A stretch of 63,424 nucleotides of DNA, counting the filler, from Choristocarpus tenellus KU-1152 (taxonomy: Eukaryota; Protista; Phaeophyceae): assembly GCA_964200185.2 (NCBI GenBank). It is 12 parts of 12 records of this genome, joined end to end, with 100 filler letters (N's around TTAATTAATTAA, not from the genome) between each part and the next. Parts side by side here need not be neighbours in the genome. Positions count along the whole stretch, not along the records: positions 6,522 to 13,984 come from CAXNAD020006114.1; positions 14,085 to 18,502 come from CAXNAD020014643.1; positions 18,603 to 21,294 come from CAXNAD020025609.1; positions 21,395 to 27,237 come from CAXNAD020009617.1; 8 more parts are not named here. The stretch is one strand, 5' to 3'. The first letter of the stretch is position 1, and each line of letters begins with the position of its first letter. The position numbers and the translations under genes were made by a program. Shown piece after piece: positions 13,289 to 27,237 of this stretch. The notes below the pieces were generated by a model. It searched no databases, was not told where the DNA came from, and saw only the letters and a program-made list of their open reading frames with translations.

Positions 13289-13456
13289 GGTTCAAAGTAT
13301 CTGGGGGGGGGTGGAGGCTGTCCATTTTGGGCCAATTTTTTCATGTCGTGATTTTGGGTGGTTTGTTTGCATACATCAGATGGATAATATGAGTGCACTT
13401 TTCCTGGTTTTGGCCCGAAATGGACACCCTGGTGTAGATCCCCCCCCCCCCCCCCT
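13289..13456 (+). mobile_element. MITE family A copy lacking right TIR
   Basis: GGTTCAAAGTATCTGGGGG start and the same body as 8259-8435; ends in poly-C. Confidence 0.8.
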
Positions 13457-15371
13457 CCTTTCCTACATTCTTGACCTCTTCTTCTTTCGGTACGGTGTTG
13501 AAATAATTCTCGTGTGTACTGCACGTAACTTGTAAGAAATTATACAAAACATTTGGGCGTAGATATACACTAAAGCAGGCCAGGTGAATTTCTGATACTC
13601 CCTCCGTTGATTTGACGTTGTTTTAAGTAAAAAGGCTTTATTTCCTAAAAACGTTGATGTCTACTAGAGGTCTAGGCTATTCTGAGGATGTGGATCTGTA
13701 AATTACATGGTCCTACACGAATGTTCAATATTTCAGAGATGGTGTTTTCTGCAAAACATCCAGGATTGTCATGGGAATGAGCCCTGCTATCCCCCATTGG
13801 CAAATCAACATGCCTTCAACCAATAATTTACATATTAACGAAAATTAGGATCCACCTCTGTCCCTGTTATTACCACCATATGGTACGTGCATATAATACA
13901 AAATGAGTTGTTGGTGATCACATTAATGTAGTAGATCCGGGCACACCTGAAAGGTCTAGCTAGATTTAACCCAAAGTATCAGGGNNNNNNNNNNNNNNNN
14001 NNNNNNNNNNNNNNNNNNNNNNNNNNNNTTAATTAATTAANNNNNNNNNNNNNNNNNNNNNNNNNNNNNNNNNNNNNNNNNNNNTTTCCCGATTTTTTCC
14101 CAAACGGGCCCCCTGGGGTACACCCCCCCCCCCCCTCCCAGATACTTTGGGTCTGGAAAGGTTTGCTCATCTCTGTGCCAGCTGGATTGTAAGCTCCACT
14201 AGACTTTGCAAATATAAACGTATTACTACTAAAGCATCAATGTAAGTAAGTCAAACCCTAGGTAAGAAAAGAGATCACCCCTCATGGGTTGCTGACTCGC
14301 TTTGAGCAATAATTGTTTTTTTCCATGTGCTGGTGGACATGGTAATTGTTCGAAGTGTATAGTTGTGGCTGCCCTGACTTGATAATCCACGCATTTTATC
14401 ATGGGTTTAAAGTTTTGTACTGTTCAATAGAGATACTCCTTACCGTAGTTCTAAACAAATGAAGCCTTGTCTCTTTGTTTGACTAAAAGGTTGGTAATGT
14501 AATATTAAATGATGCTCCTCGTCCCTTGGAAGGGCAAATGTTCACGAACTCTGGAGGACCTGAGGTAGGTTCTCCTCATTGCTCTACAAAGAACCCCTCT
14601 CTGAGACCTACAACCTCTTTCCAAGCGCGGTGACTGACATCTAACTGCTGTGAATGGACAAGGATACATATAGGGAGTTGAAAAAATGCATCACCAGGGT
14701 GAAACTCTAGACTATACATCCAGATATGTTGGTCATTCGGTACTGTCAGCATGTGGTGATAAACTTGAGAACCCCAGCTACCATTGTCCAAAATTCCAAA
14801 ACTAATGTAGTATCCCTGGATGCTTGTTGGCAACATCACTGTTTTTATTCAATGGGGATAATCCAACTTACTTAAAACCATTTCAACTCAACAGGAATCT
14901 CAACCACTACAAGGAAGGAAGGAAGGATCAGCATGACTAAAAGTAGTTCACTGGCTACTTGTAGACTCTGCTACTGCTCTACTACAACAGACTAACAATT
15001 GCACGCTCATAAATCAACCCTCTATGTAGAATCCCTATTGTCCACTGTGATCTCCATTTTCCAAAAGAGAAATAACTGCCCCCCTTTGATACAAGTTCCC
15101 ACCACAACCAACAAGGGGTGGGAGGGCAGCATCGGTCCCCATTCTGTTTCAAATCTCGTAAGCAACACTGAACAGTCACAGCAGGTACAACAAAACCCAG
15201 TACATAGAATTAGTCTCATATTTTGTCAAGTAACTGCCCATTGGCTTCTAGAACAAAAAATAGGTGCTGGGGGAGGGTGTGTGTGAGGGAGAGAGAGAGA
15301 CAAGGCAATGACAAAATGAACTTATCCATAGCAAGAATGAGCAAATGATTAGTGGGCGGGCTGTGAGGGGG

Positions 15372-17763
15372 TCATGTCTGCAGATCAGACGGTTCCCCAA
15401 GGCCCCTCCTTAACACCACCGGTTCTGCTCCCATGACGTCGACCACAGTGCTCACACCACCAGCCTTGGGATTGCACGAGCAGGATACAACACACCATCA
15501 CAGAGGGGGCAGGTGAGGAGGGGAAAACTCTGGTGATGGCAGCATTGTACAGAGCGCAATTGTTAAGAAAACAATCTCATATGGGCCTGTAAGGGTGAGG
15601 GCAAACATAGAGGCTTTTGTCAGTGCTCTTTCTTCTTGTGGACTTGAGGGGAAAAGGTGGGTTGAAGTAGGAAAGCATCAGCGGCCCATGCAGAGTAGTA
15701 GTACATACGGGTACATGTTGAGGGTAGTATATGGTGGTATCATCTGAGGGGGGCGTCAGTGAGTCTTGATGGCCCCTGTGTGGTACAATATAAACACAAT
15801 GGAGAGAGCTTTCAGCTAACAATATATGTGTTCAATGCTACTCTTCTCTTCAACAGCTACACCCTCTTAAGGGGTTACATAAATTACACTTGAAATGAGT
15901 GGAGTGGTGTGTATACTACACAAAGTTTCAACAAGACCATTTGAGATTCAAAAAGGGTCAAACCAAATCCCCTGGTTAGGTGGTTTCAATCTGAGAGTCC
16001 TCCGGCAAAAGAAGAACAAGAAGCGCTCCATTGCACACTAGTGGAATGAATTAGAATTCACGCTTTTGGAAGCACTTCATCAATGAGATCATGTGAATTA
16101 AGAAAAGAAAAAAAATCCTAGGTGTGGTACATACCTTATCGAGTGTCAATGTGACCAAAATCGGACCAACGAGGGATTCCTGTTCAATCCTTTTTTTTGC
16201 CCATCACACCCAAGCCTTGTTCAATCCAAAAACAACACCATGGAGACCCGCTGGCGTTATCAGTTTCAGCTTATTCTAATCCTACTCCCATGCTCGATCT
16301 ACATGTATGCAAACAAAGGGCGTGACACATGCAAACCAGAAGGCTCAACCTCAACACGCATCATCACCACACCACCAGGAGGACCTCTTGTCCATCCGCA
16401 CAAACGGCACAATCCACACTAAAATTTTTTTTGATAACAACTCCTACCAGAGATCGATCGCGCAGGAGAAAGAAGAGAGAGATAGAGGGAGAAAAAAACA
16501 AAAAACAACAACACACACACACAGTAGTGTTTGTTCCCTTGTACTAAAAAAAATGTATGAACTGATCATCATTGAAGACAAAAGAGTTCCATTTCGTAGG
16601 ACACCTCGTTCATGTTCTTTTCTTTTTTTTTTCATGGGGGATGGAGTTTTCCTTTTCTTTTTTTTTCAATCTCCAGTCTGTCCCCGGTCAACCCCCTTGA
16701 AGCAAAGCAAAACTAACACCTTAAGTCTGCCTTTGTGATCAAACCTACTTTAACATTTGGGGATCGGGGGAAAAGGACGAGCCAATACTTCGTCACATAC
16801 TTCGACTGTTCAAGAACACCACAACAATGCACAGACCGTTGGGCCCCTCATGATAACTAGTGAATTATCTGGAATAAATGTCGGATAGCTTCAAATACTT
16901 CTTTTTCTTTATTTAATGCTTTTCATATCACTGGTGCTATATGATAAATCTTTGCAAGCAACTTCTTAATATGCAGATACCTGTTATGTTATCGTGGCTG
17001 CCTTCCCAGAAAGGAATTCTAGTAAGTTACCACATTATACTGCCCCTGCAGAAAATAAAGAATATCTATATTTTCTTATCCAATTGTATGTATCATGATA
17101 GAAAATCCTACAAAAAGAATTTGGTACAACCTGAACTGCAATCCCCCCCCCTCAAACAACCTGAAACGCCGTTTCAAACGAGGTCACAGAGCTGCACTCA
17201 TCACAGTCCAATTCAAGGTGAGATGTGCCCTGATGGCCATGCCTCTCCTGTGTCTTGGGTAGGTGTTCCCTTCTTCCATTCATTGCCATATAAAATACAA
17301 CCCGTAAATAGGAAGCAAGTAATCTAGAGCAAATTTATACTTCATCAGCAATATCTGTTTGAGCTATCATAGCATCAGCTCCTCATACATGACAGGCCCA
17401 AAGCAAAAGTAACAGCAAGGTCTGCATTGCATCTAGTCTTCTTGCCCCAAATCAAAAGGTTAGGGCAACGGGCCTATGCAAAAGGTGAGTTGCAGCATCC
17501 CTTCATTTGGAACTACGATCACAAATTCATTTTTGATTAAAAAAAACATCACTTAAAATCCTTGCACCAACCCCAGCCTCACCTGCAGGACACCAGCATC
17601 CACCACAACATCAACAGCGTGACCCCATGTTGCCTCAACAGAAGATGGGTCAGTTGCAGCACCTCCAGGAATGGGATCATCTTCTCCTGTGTCACTTTCA
17701 TCCTCCTCCAGCCAAGGGGTTTCCTCCTCTGTTGAGGCAGGAACACTACTGCAAAGAAGGGGT
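15372..17763 (-). CDS. YrdC/Sua5 family (YciO-like) protein, last two exons (17583-17763, 15372-15464)
   Basis: Spliced translation PLLCSSVP...WGHAVDVVVDAGVLQ|AGGVSTVVDVMGAEPVVLRRGLGEPSDLQT*. It matches the C-terminal YrdC/Sua5 motifs (PLxSxS, D-x-x-x-D-x-G, STVVD...P.VLR.G); phase-0 junction CAG|GT...AAG|. Confidence 0.8.
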
Positions 17764-18602
17764 CTTCAGGAAGAAACCAGTTCCATAACAAACAGATCGG
17801 GCAGGATTCCGGGGTGTTTTTGAAGTACTAACGATACACTAAGGTGTAAACTTCTACAGTTCATCTGTACTCCTGCACCATGGTGCGGCGTACTCTATTC
17901 ACAGCAAAAAACAAAAGAAAATATATATATATATTTTTTTTAACACCGCCAAACCGACTGCCTTTGTAGGAGTCAAAACAAACAAGAGTGCTCATTGTTT
18001 GCATACATTGCCAACACTCTTTAGGTGCACGACTCGAGTTCTCAACCCCCCCTCAAAGTATAATCCCTAGGTGACTGGGCAAAGGGTTCTTTATCTTGCA
18101 GCCCCTATTGCATGTATGCCTAACCCTAACTCTCCCATCACAAAAAAAAAAAAAAATTGACCAAGGCAAAAATAACAAAAAAAAATGAGGCTAAAAAGTT
18201 GAACTCTGAGTCGCCTGCAAGTAATTGGTCAAGTATTTTGTGTCTGAGCTCTCAAAAAAAAATTCGCATTATTTTTTTTTGCGGAGAGTGACTACCATCA
18301 ACAGTCACATGCATATCACGTCATATCCACTGCATGGAAATGGGTTACAATCACGCCTGAATATCTCAAAACTTGTGGGAAAACATTGCACTACATATTA
18401 CTTCCTACGTAGAGGTAATCCCCCCCCCCCCCCCCCCCCACAAAAACACACAAAAAAATCAACAAACAATAAGACAAAGGAAGGTGAGGGGTGGGGGTTG
18501 AANNNNNNNNNNNNNNNNNNNNNNNNNNNNNNNNNNNNNNNNNNNNTTAATTAATTAANNNNNNNNNNNNNNNNNNNNNNNNNNNNNNNNNNNNNNNNNN
18601 NN

Positions 18603-21294
18603 CATATGGTGATTTACAACCTGGGTTAGCCGTGGTCGACGTGCAATTGAGCGAGTCACAAACATAGTGTTGAGCTTCAGCCCATAGGGAGTCTGTCTTG
18701 GGAATAGTAACATGGGAAAAAATAGTGGAGCTTGAAGGCGGGCAGCTAATGAAGCTTCATCAGTAATACCCAGCATTAGTTCAGCAACCCCATTAAATTG
18801 AGGGCTGTCTGCAGGTGTGCACTCCTGTCTTATCCCTCGATCACGGCAAAGAGCGCCGAAAGCACCCTCATAAAATTCCCCCCCATCATCAGACCACACA
18901 CACATCACCCGAGAGGGAGTACCATCAGCCCGGATATCGGCCAAGTACTTCTTGAAGGCTTCTGCGGCATCCGACTTTGCACGAAGGAAATACAGCCAAA
19001 CAAAACGAGAATAATCGTTCCGGATTATCATGGTGTGTATTGTTTACTGCCGATTGAAAGGGTAGCCCTCTTCCCACTTAGATCGACAAAAACCCGATCC
19101 AGCTTTCTTATCGCCCTTGAAGACGTGCTGGACCGGACGCCCTTCCGTATGCCCTTGCTCATAGAGCAGCCCGGCACATGGCTCCAGCTCACCTACCAAT
19201 GTAATGCCAATTGAAGTGGCGATGGACTTGAGCAATGCCTCGTGTGCGTGGCCATAAGAGCAGTGGATGTCGATCTCCGTGCGGGGAGCATGGGGTGCAA
19301 GCAAGGGGGCTATAGTGGCCTTTAAAGCAACTTCAGCATTTCCATCTAATCGTGGAAATATGCGTTAACCATGGAGGGTGTAGTGGCAACCAGGATCTCT
19401 TGTGAAGATAAGTATTCCATATAACAACGAGAATGTACTGGCTGTGAAAATGCCTTTCGCACCCTTATCAGCTGCTACTTGGAAAGAGAAAGATTGAATC
19501 CTAGATCAGGGACATGAACGACATTTTGAAGGAGTATTTCTACCTCCTTGTTGTCACATGACGGAAACAAGATGGTTAGATCACCATGACCAGCGATACA
19601 GAAGGAATTTTGTCTAGCAGTGACTACCCTATGGTCTCCAACACAAGGCTTATAATTTGTCATGGATTTCACCGTATTTGTCATGTGAGATGAAGCTGCA
19701 CTGTCCAAAATCCATTCTTCTTTCTCGCGGCCAACCCCAACACTTGATACCAAACATTCGTTTGCCCCACACTTGCCTGGAGCATTACTGCTCGGAGAGT
19801 CCTCAGTGGCGGCCAGTAGTGCGTATCGCTCGTTGTCACCGCAGCTGGTGGTACTTTCCACAGTAGTGTGGGAAGGATTCGCCTCGGTCTCGATCTCTTC
19901 TTTTCCAGACTGCACTGTAGTCCAGAACACCGCAGTACACATTGTAGCATCATGGGCACGTCCACCACATTTGGTGCAAATGAGGTTTGGGCAAGCTTTC
20001 TTCTCAAGTACATACTTTCCACATCTCTCACAAGGAATCTTCTCGGGACAGTTTGGGTTGGAATTAGAACCATGTTTCTTTCTTCCACCATTAATTTAAA
20101 ATTGGCCCCGTGACCTTGGCCGTTGCGATGAGACTGACTCTTCCCTTGCGATGAGCTGTTAGCAACCAAAGTGTGGCTGTTCTTGTGTCTTGAGTGCTTG
20201 CCCTGATGAAGGGAAGCATATCGCTCTCTAGCAGTTTTCTCTACGTCTGCTCGACATAGTGCTCTCTGCGAGGCCATCATGCGTATCTCGGTATCGTAAT
20301 CTGATCCGAGAGCACTCAGGAACTGTAGGAGCAGCAGCTTGTCCGAGATGATCAGGTCCATTTATAACATCCTCCCCCATAGCTCTTCCAGGTGATTTAA
20401 GGTCAGGATCGGATTCGCCCCCTTCTCCACCTTTGAAGTGAACAACTCACGTAATAAATGTTGGCTATTACCCACTGTATTAGGCATGAACAAATCATCA
20501 ATTGCTCGGAAAAGCTCGCTCGGGCTTTGGTGCGTATAGCACAGTGCCCTGGTGGTGGGTGTGACAAGAGCAACAGTAGTGCATGGTAGGCCTCTTCGGC
20601 CATCTAGATATCATTCGCCCTTAAGCCGTCCGAGAAAAGTTCCTCGTTGGAGGGTACTTGATTGACTGGTCTTTCACTTGTCAATGCTCTCAAGCAGTCG
20701 TTATATCTGCAATGCACGATGAAACGCCTCCACCAGTCCCAGTAGTCCGAGTCGTCCAATAGCTTCGGTGGTTGGGTTCTCGATCTCTTTGTCGTAGGGT
20801 GAACAGTATGTGCGCCTGACCCCAAGCTCTCCGAAGAACTGGACCTCCAGCTCACCTCACTTCTGACGCTCACAGCATCCAAACTGTTTTCCCTCTCAAG
20901 GAATTTTTCCCTCAACGTGGGTTCCATAGGACCCACTTCAACTGGTACGTGCCCAGCCGGAGGCCGTGTGCTGGGCACAGCGGCCTGGACGACGGGATGA
21001 TTTCCGTCGCCAACTCTTTCAGACTGAACCATGAGATTGCCAACATTTCTTGACAACTCCGCTACCGTCGCCATCAGCTGTCTGAATTCTTCGACAGATG
21101 GGCCCTTGGAAGGAACAGGTTTCTGCAATTATTGAATCGCATCTCCTCATGTAGACATGATGAAATGATGGGTTAGAAACCTAAGGTTCAATATATTGTG
21201 TTAAAGTACCTCCCAAATCATCAAAGAGGATAAAGGTGATAAACCCAGCGAGATTGCTTGGTGTCTGTAGAGTGATTGATTAAAGTTAGGTGGG
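18603..21294 (-). mobile_element. Degenerate Ty1/Copia LTR retrotransposon (gag, protease, pre-integrase, integrase core; RT beyond contig end)
   Basis: Domain order: gag (DYWDWWRRF; FLSALGSDYD), CCHC knuckle CTKCGGRAHDATMC, protease WILDSAASSHMT, HHCC region HCSYGHAH...PCAG, integrase DYSRFVWLYFL...SDDGGEF...QFNGVAE. Integrase directly after protease indicates Copia. Many frameshifts; possible 5' LTR end near 21199. Confidence 0.93.
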
Positions 21295-21444
21295 NNNNNN
21301 NNNNNNNNNNNNNNNNNNNNNNNNNNNNNNNNNNNNNNTTAATTAATTAANNNNNNNNNNNNNNNNNNNNNNNNNNNNNNNNNNNNNNNNNNNNCCCAAA
21401 TGGAACGCCCCCCCCCCCCCCCCCCCAGATACTTTGAGCCAGAA

Positions 21445-22330
21445 AAAAAAAAACCTTCAGCATTAAACAGATTCAATATTCGATTGAGGAGAGTGTAGGG
21501 AGAAAAGTGTAAAATTTCCTGTATACAGAGCCTGACTTCATTGCAAAACTTGTATGCTACGTAATAGGGCATAGAACATAATAGCTCGAGTTTTATCAGG
21601 CCACATTATTGTGGGAAAATCCTGAATTTCCCAGCAACATAAATTAGAGGGTGTGTGTGGAGTATGATGATGTAGAGCATACCACTAACAAAGAAAGATC
21701 AATTTGTTGTATCATCTTCAGCGTTCCCTCAATTTCAAAAAAAAGTGTCACCCACACACATCACCTCTCCATTCCATCTATGCCTTGCATAGCTAATAGT
21801 TTGTTTGCACAAGGTTTGATCACCACCTATGTTCATGTCTACCTTGTGCAAAAAAAGAAAATAAAATGAGATCTATGTAGCAGAGTGGTGTATGTTGCCC
21901 CCAAATAGTTTTAAAGTACAATACAGTATGGTGTATGATGAGGGATACTACAGGGCAATGCTTCCTATCGACTGGATGAGACATGTAAGCCATCCCTTGT
22001 GTGCAGATAATGTAGTTCGTACAGTGTATCATATTAATACAAACCTGATTCCTTACCCACACATCCACATAGGCACCTCATGTATTGTCTTTTCCGTGAT
22101 GAACAAGGCTAGTTTCAGGGGGACTATGGCACTGACCGAAGTGGCCTTCACTGTACGCTTCAACTACTACTCCTACTTGCATGACCCTTGGATGGTGCTC
22201 CCCATTGAGCCGCCCATGGTCTGACCTACTCATGTGGCCAGTCACTGTTCAGTATTCAGACAATATTGCATCATCATGTAAGTTGTACGATTACGCATAT
22301 ATTCGTTTGCATATGAATCCACCTGGATCA
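21445..22330 (+). pseudogene. Inverted, frameshifted partial duplicate of the MFS gene (exon copy ~22073-22277 plus intron flanks)
   Basis: MNKASFRGTMALTEVAFTVRFNYYSYLHDPWMVLPIEP followed by a frameshift; 21445-21740 aligns with the reverse complement of ~24590-24890. Confidence 0.8.
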
Positions 22331-23246
22331 AAGCTCCAGCAATACCACGAAGAAAGGAGCAATACCACGAAGAAAGGGGCAGGGGCGGGCTCCATCTGGT
22401 GTTTAATGGCTGCCTGTGCTGAAGCAAATTACGTAGCTAAACGTACACGTGTAACTGTGAGTTCTGTCCGAAAGTTTGACCTTCAAAGTGGTCCGTAGGG
22501 ATTAGGGGTTCGAAAAAAATGAAAGCATTGAGTAGACCAGAACCAGAATCCTGACAGAGATCACAAAAACAAAAAATCACCTCCTGGACAAAACCTATTA
22601 TGTTTGGCAACATGATTATACACTAGGTATATTGAAAGGGAGGGAAAATACAAACATCCACCACTTTGTGCATCTAGTGATAGATACTATCTTCACACAT
22701 CAAACAAAGGAGAGAGGAATGGAGGAATGATCGACCCAAGGGAAGACGCAATGAGAAACTGAACGTTTAGACAGGCAGCGGTGAGTGGGTATGTGCCATG
22801 ATCTGCTTGAGGTGCCCTCCATCAACCATACTCTTGAAACACCTATGTTGGCTGGTTAGAAGTTTGGCGATGTGTTCAAATAGCCCCAAAAGATACTCAT
22901 TCGACAAATCTAGCAGACGCTGCAGAGGCCATCTTTCATAACATGCAAAGAGCTTGAGAACAAAAAAGACAGTATAGTTCTCATCTTCAATCCAGGCTAA
23001 ACTATGATCCTGTCGGTAAACTGCACACCACATAAGAGTAAGCAAGACGAACCTTCAAAAAGCACTCCTGATAAACTAGGAAGAACCAATACCCTCAGTC
23101 AGAGGGATTTTTTATATATGAAACAGCTCACTCACTGCTCTGTGGTCCCACTCTTTCACCCCCAATATCCACACCTCCGCACGTACATCTAGAATGGTAG
23201 TACTCACAATTCTACTCACATACTCCCCCCAAACTGCCAGAACGGA

Positions 23247-26200
23247 CTACATTACTTGCAACATAAGTTCTTGTTCTACAAACCCTTCGTTGGTACTCCC
23301 CTCTGGTGCTGTATATCTTTGGGTACTGTTATCTCCCTTTCCTCTCCCATTACCTCCTTTTTCTGCCCCTTGTGCATTATGCTTCACATCCCTTCCAATG
23401 AGGAGGAGGAGAAGTGCCACTGATGGAAGAACAGCAGAGTAAGCGAAGCATAGGGAAGCTCCATATTCCCCATATAGAAATCCCCCCATTATCGCCCCAC
23501 ATCCAACACCTAAGCCCCACACAATGCTATATGATAATCCTTGCATTGTAGCCTTGAGATGAGCTTCCAGAACAGAATTGCACCAGGGGAACCACAGTTG
23601 AGTTAGAAACAAATGTGGTTTTGGAAGCAAATAATAATACCCACCTGCTCCAGAGTTGTATTGCAAAAACAATAAAGCATAGGGTATGCAAAATCCTCTC
23701 AAGTACTCGACACAATACATTTGAACTAACAAATGCAAAACTAAGCTTGCCTAAATCTACCTGCCATTGAATATTCTTGCTTCCTATTGGTAAAGACCTT
23801 CATCAAGGATGGGCAGACCACTCAAATTGAAGGGAGGGGTGGATCTATGTGCCGTGAGGGAACGGCTAATCCAGATGGATTCATAAGCAATGGAATACAT
23901 TCGTAATCATACAACTTACATGGTGCAATATGGTCTGAATATTGGACGGTGACTGACCACATGAGTGCAAAGGTCAGACCATGGAGCGGCTCAATGGGGA
24001 GCACCATCCAGGGGTCACGCAACTGGGAGTAGTAGGTGAAGCGTATAATGAAGGCCACTGCAGTCAGTGCCATAGTCCCCCTGAATCCAGCCCTGTTCAT
24101 CACAGGAACGTAGAACAACAAGATCATGCATGAGATGCCTATGCTAATATGTAGACAAGAAGTCAGTTGCATGCCTGGAAAAGGGGGGGCAGATATGTAC
24201 CTGCTCGGTCCAAAGAGGAAACCGGTATTGCTGTCAGGTATTGCTGTCAGGTATACCACAAGAAAGGGGACTCCCTCAACAAAACTCAGGGTAGAAACCC
24301 AAGTCACGTCTAAGACGATTGTGAGTAAGTTGAAGATGTATGAACAGGATACACGGTACAAACAGCGTCATCTGCACAAATGGGATGGCGTATATGCCTA
24401 ATCAAGTCAACAGGAAACATTGCCCTGCAACATTCCTCATCATACATTAACCTCCTCAATCATGGTATTTCCATTATAACTAATACACAAACTCAGCATG
24501 AACATCTGAAACATCCTAAGCTTTTGCAAACAGACTACTTGGTTAGGAAGACAAAAAAAATGGGGAGTTGACAGTGTCGGTGATAGTTGTATGAAATTGA
24601 GGGAAAATTAAAACAATATATCAACTCTATCTTTCGGCATTGGTGGTATCAGCAACACATCATCACACTCCACACACACCCTCCAATTTACGTCATTGAG
24701 AAATCCAGGCTTTCCCTAAAATAAAATGACCTTCCAGAAATTCGAACTGTGATTTTTGTCCCATTATCTAGGATAGAAGTGTTACAATGGAGTCAGGCTC
24801 CGTACAGAAATAGTACCCTCGCCCCCCCTTTTCTTTTCATTTTCCCTTCTTGGAACCTTGAACCTTGTATCTGTTAAACTTTGAGGCATTTCTCCTGGGT
24901 TTTTCACTGGGCCAGGCAGTTAACATGTCCACTGTCGGCTATATGGCCACGGGCCGATCGGTGGCCTGGTCATGTTGAAATGGTTGATGGTAATGGACTT
25001 GGCCATGTCCAACTTTGATTGTACATGGCTGACCAGTGACCCCAGTCATGTTGAGTAAGCGATGGCCATGGACTGGGCTATATTTGAACCTTTTATCTGT
25101 GGCCGGCAAGGTAATATTCATTTTACACTCAGGTCAGCCACATCATGGCCTTGCCTCTCAAAATCCCTCTACTTCAATCTTGTATCCTGTATTATTCTAA
25201 ATCCTCTTTAAAATGTACCATATACATTGTGATATTTCTGTATCATTTTCTACTATACTACTTTTAACAATTACGGTTATGAATGTAAAAGGAATTCATT
25301 GTTAAGTGGTAAGGCCATTTGTGATTTGTGTGCGTGTCAACTTAGCTTTCAATATGTTGTATGTTGCTCACATTTCTATCGTTTGCATGGAGAGGCAAAA
25401 CGAAATTGAGAAATGGACCTATAGAATGCTTAGTAGACATGGTCTAAACATGCCAGAAACAATTGAACTGGTCAGTCACCGTGGGCCAGACAAGCAAGAA
25501 AAGAATTAGACTAGTTACTGGCCATTGTCCGAACATGTTAGAGAGTGCTTGACCTGGTCCAGCCGGCGGACATGGGGCCGGAACAACACCTAGTGAGCGT
25601 GTATCGGGACATGTTAATAGTAAATTGTGAGACCGGTCCAGCCAATAGAATTGAGGTGGCATTTTAATTTGCTAGCCCCATGAAAAGCCCTGGATTTTTC
25701 GTCTCTTGCTTTTACACACCTAAGGCTTCAATAACTCTAATCGGTCTGCTGCAAATAAATAGAGTTGTAAATTTGATGCTGTGGGAACAAAGGTGCAAGC
25801 AGTAAACACTCCTACCTACCAGAAACGATTTTTACATACTGTATACTCAAATTATACAAACGATAAATATATAATCCAACAACCTCCGACATCTTCTTCC
25901 ACAGTACCCTTTTTATACAACACAACTGTAATGTGATACTCTGTCACCATTTTAGACAACACCTATTTCATACACGCAATCCTTACGTCCATCACGAACC
26001 AAACCCAGCTTCACATGACTGTGAGTTGCTGTTCATCTCACCTTTCTATCAGGAGACCAGAGAAGTAGAAGCACGGAAGCTCACCTGTATACGTCATCAA
26101 CTTCGCAATCCCAATGACCACATTGGACCCTCCAAGCTCAGCAATCCTGTCGAGGTTGCAAGAAGATAGAAATTGCCTGTCAAGAGTAGGACTACTCTGT

Positions 26201-26649
26201 GCTCTATCCGCTAGTGGCTTCTGTTGATGGCTTCCTTCCCATTGGTGGAAAATACATGCATCATGTTATCACACAATACTGACAAAGAAGACATGTTGCT
26301 TGGATCGTATATTACATATTGTGCAGTTGTCCCAACCTTTGCCCATCAAATAAATCAGCCTCAATCATGTCAGGATTGATAGGTAGTATACATCACCAAA
26401 TTTGAAGCACATCTACACCACTAGTACACCCAGCACCTGATGAAGAGAAAAGTATCAATGATGGCTGATGCTACCCCGCCCAGAAATGCTGAAGTGTAGA
26501 AGGATGCGATTTGTGGGGAGCCCAGTATGATTCGAATTGCCGACATGACACCAGTGTCCTCAGGTGATGCAGTGCCGTTCTCTTGCACCTTTGGTGGTAA
26601 AGATGACGAGGTGGAGGGTGAAGAATTTGACAGTGTGCCCTTCACGTTC
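23247..26649 (-). CDS. MFSD6-like major facilitator superfamily transporter, 3' exons (26437-26649, 26085-26146, 23920-24138, 23247-23563)
   Basis: Exons join in frame: ...IIDTFLFIR|IAELGGSNVVIGIAKLMTYTG|ISC...IIRFTYYSQLRDPWMVLPIEPLHGLTFALMW...IAPS|HLKATMQGLSYSIVWGLGVGCGAIMGGFLYGEYG. This is the typical C-terminal half of MFS_1_like/MFSD6. Confidence 0.85.
24895..25692. mobile_element. Non-autonomous hAT-like element in MFS intron
   Basis: Imperfect TIR C(T/A)GGG(T/C)TTTTCA..GGG; flanks CATTTCTC/GATTTTTC (6/8 match, decayed 8-bp TSD). Related copies at 59445-59928 and ~45400-45635. Confidence 0.55.
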
Positions 26650-27040
26650 CTGGTAAAGAGGGCGAAATAATAGAGAGGATGGCGTCAAATCAAGGTCGCA
26701 TTAGCCGTATGCACCAATGAAGGATCAAACTTAATAAATTGACACTCGGCAACATAATACAACAACATAGGCATTGGACTATTCTTGTCCCAAAATGATG
26801 AAGATCAACCAAAACACTATCGAGTATATCACACTTGTGAAGAGTTGGGCAGTCGTTTACACTAGCAAATATACAGGTTGGACCATGACGTTTGATGAGT
26901 GTACGTTGCACTGGAGTACCAAAGTCAAGCATATACCACTTCATATTATCAGGATTTCTTAGTCCCCAAGCATCAGCACAAAAAATGAGTTTGGTAGCAT
27001 TGCCAACAGCCTCCAAGAACTCATCATAACCAAGTTGTGA

Positions 27041-27237
27041 GACCCAAAGTATCTGGGGGGGAGGGGGATGTCTACACCAGGGTGTCGGTGTCCATTTGGA
27101 CCAAAATCAGGAATAGTGCAATTACATCATCCACCCAACGTATGCAACCAAATCACACAAAAATCTCGACGTAAAAAAAATGACCCCAAATAGACAGCTG
27201 ACCCAAAGTATCTGGGAGGGGGATGGTGGTCTACACC
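27041..27237 (-). mobile_element. MITE family A, two nested/tandem copies cut by contig end
   Basis: GACCCAAAGTATCT starts at 27041 and again at 27200. Confidence 0.8.
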
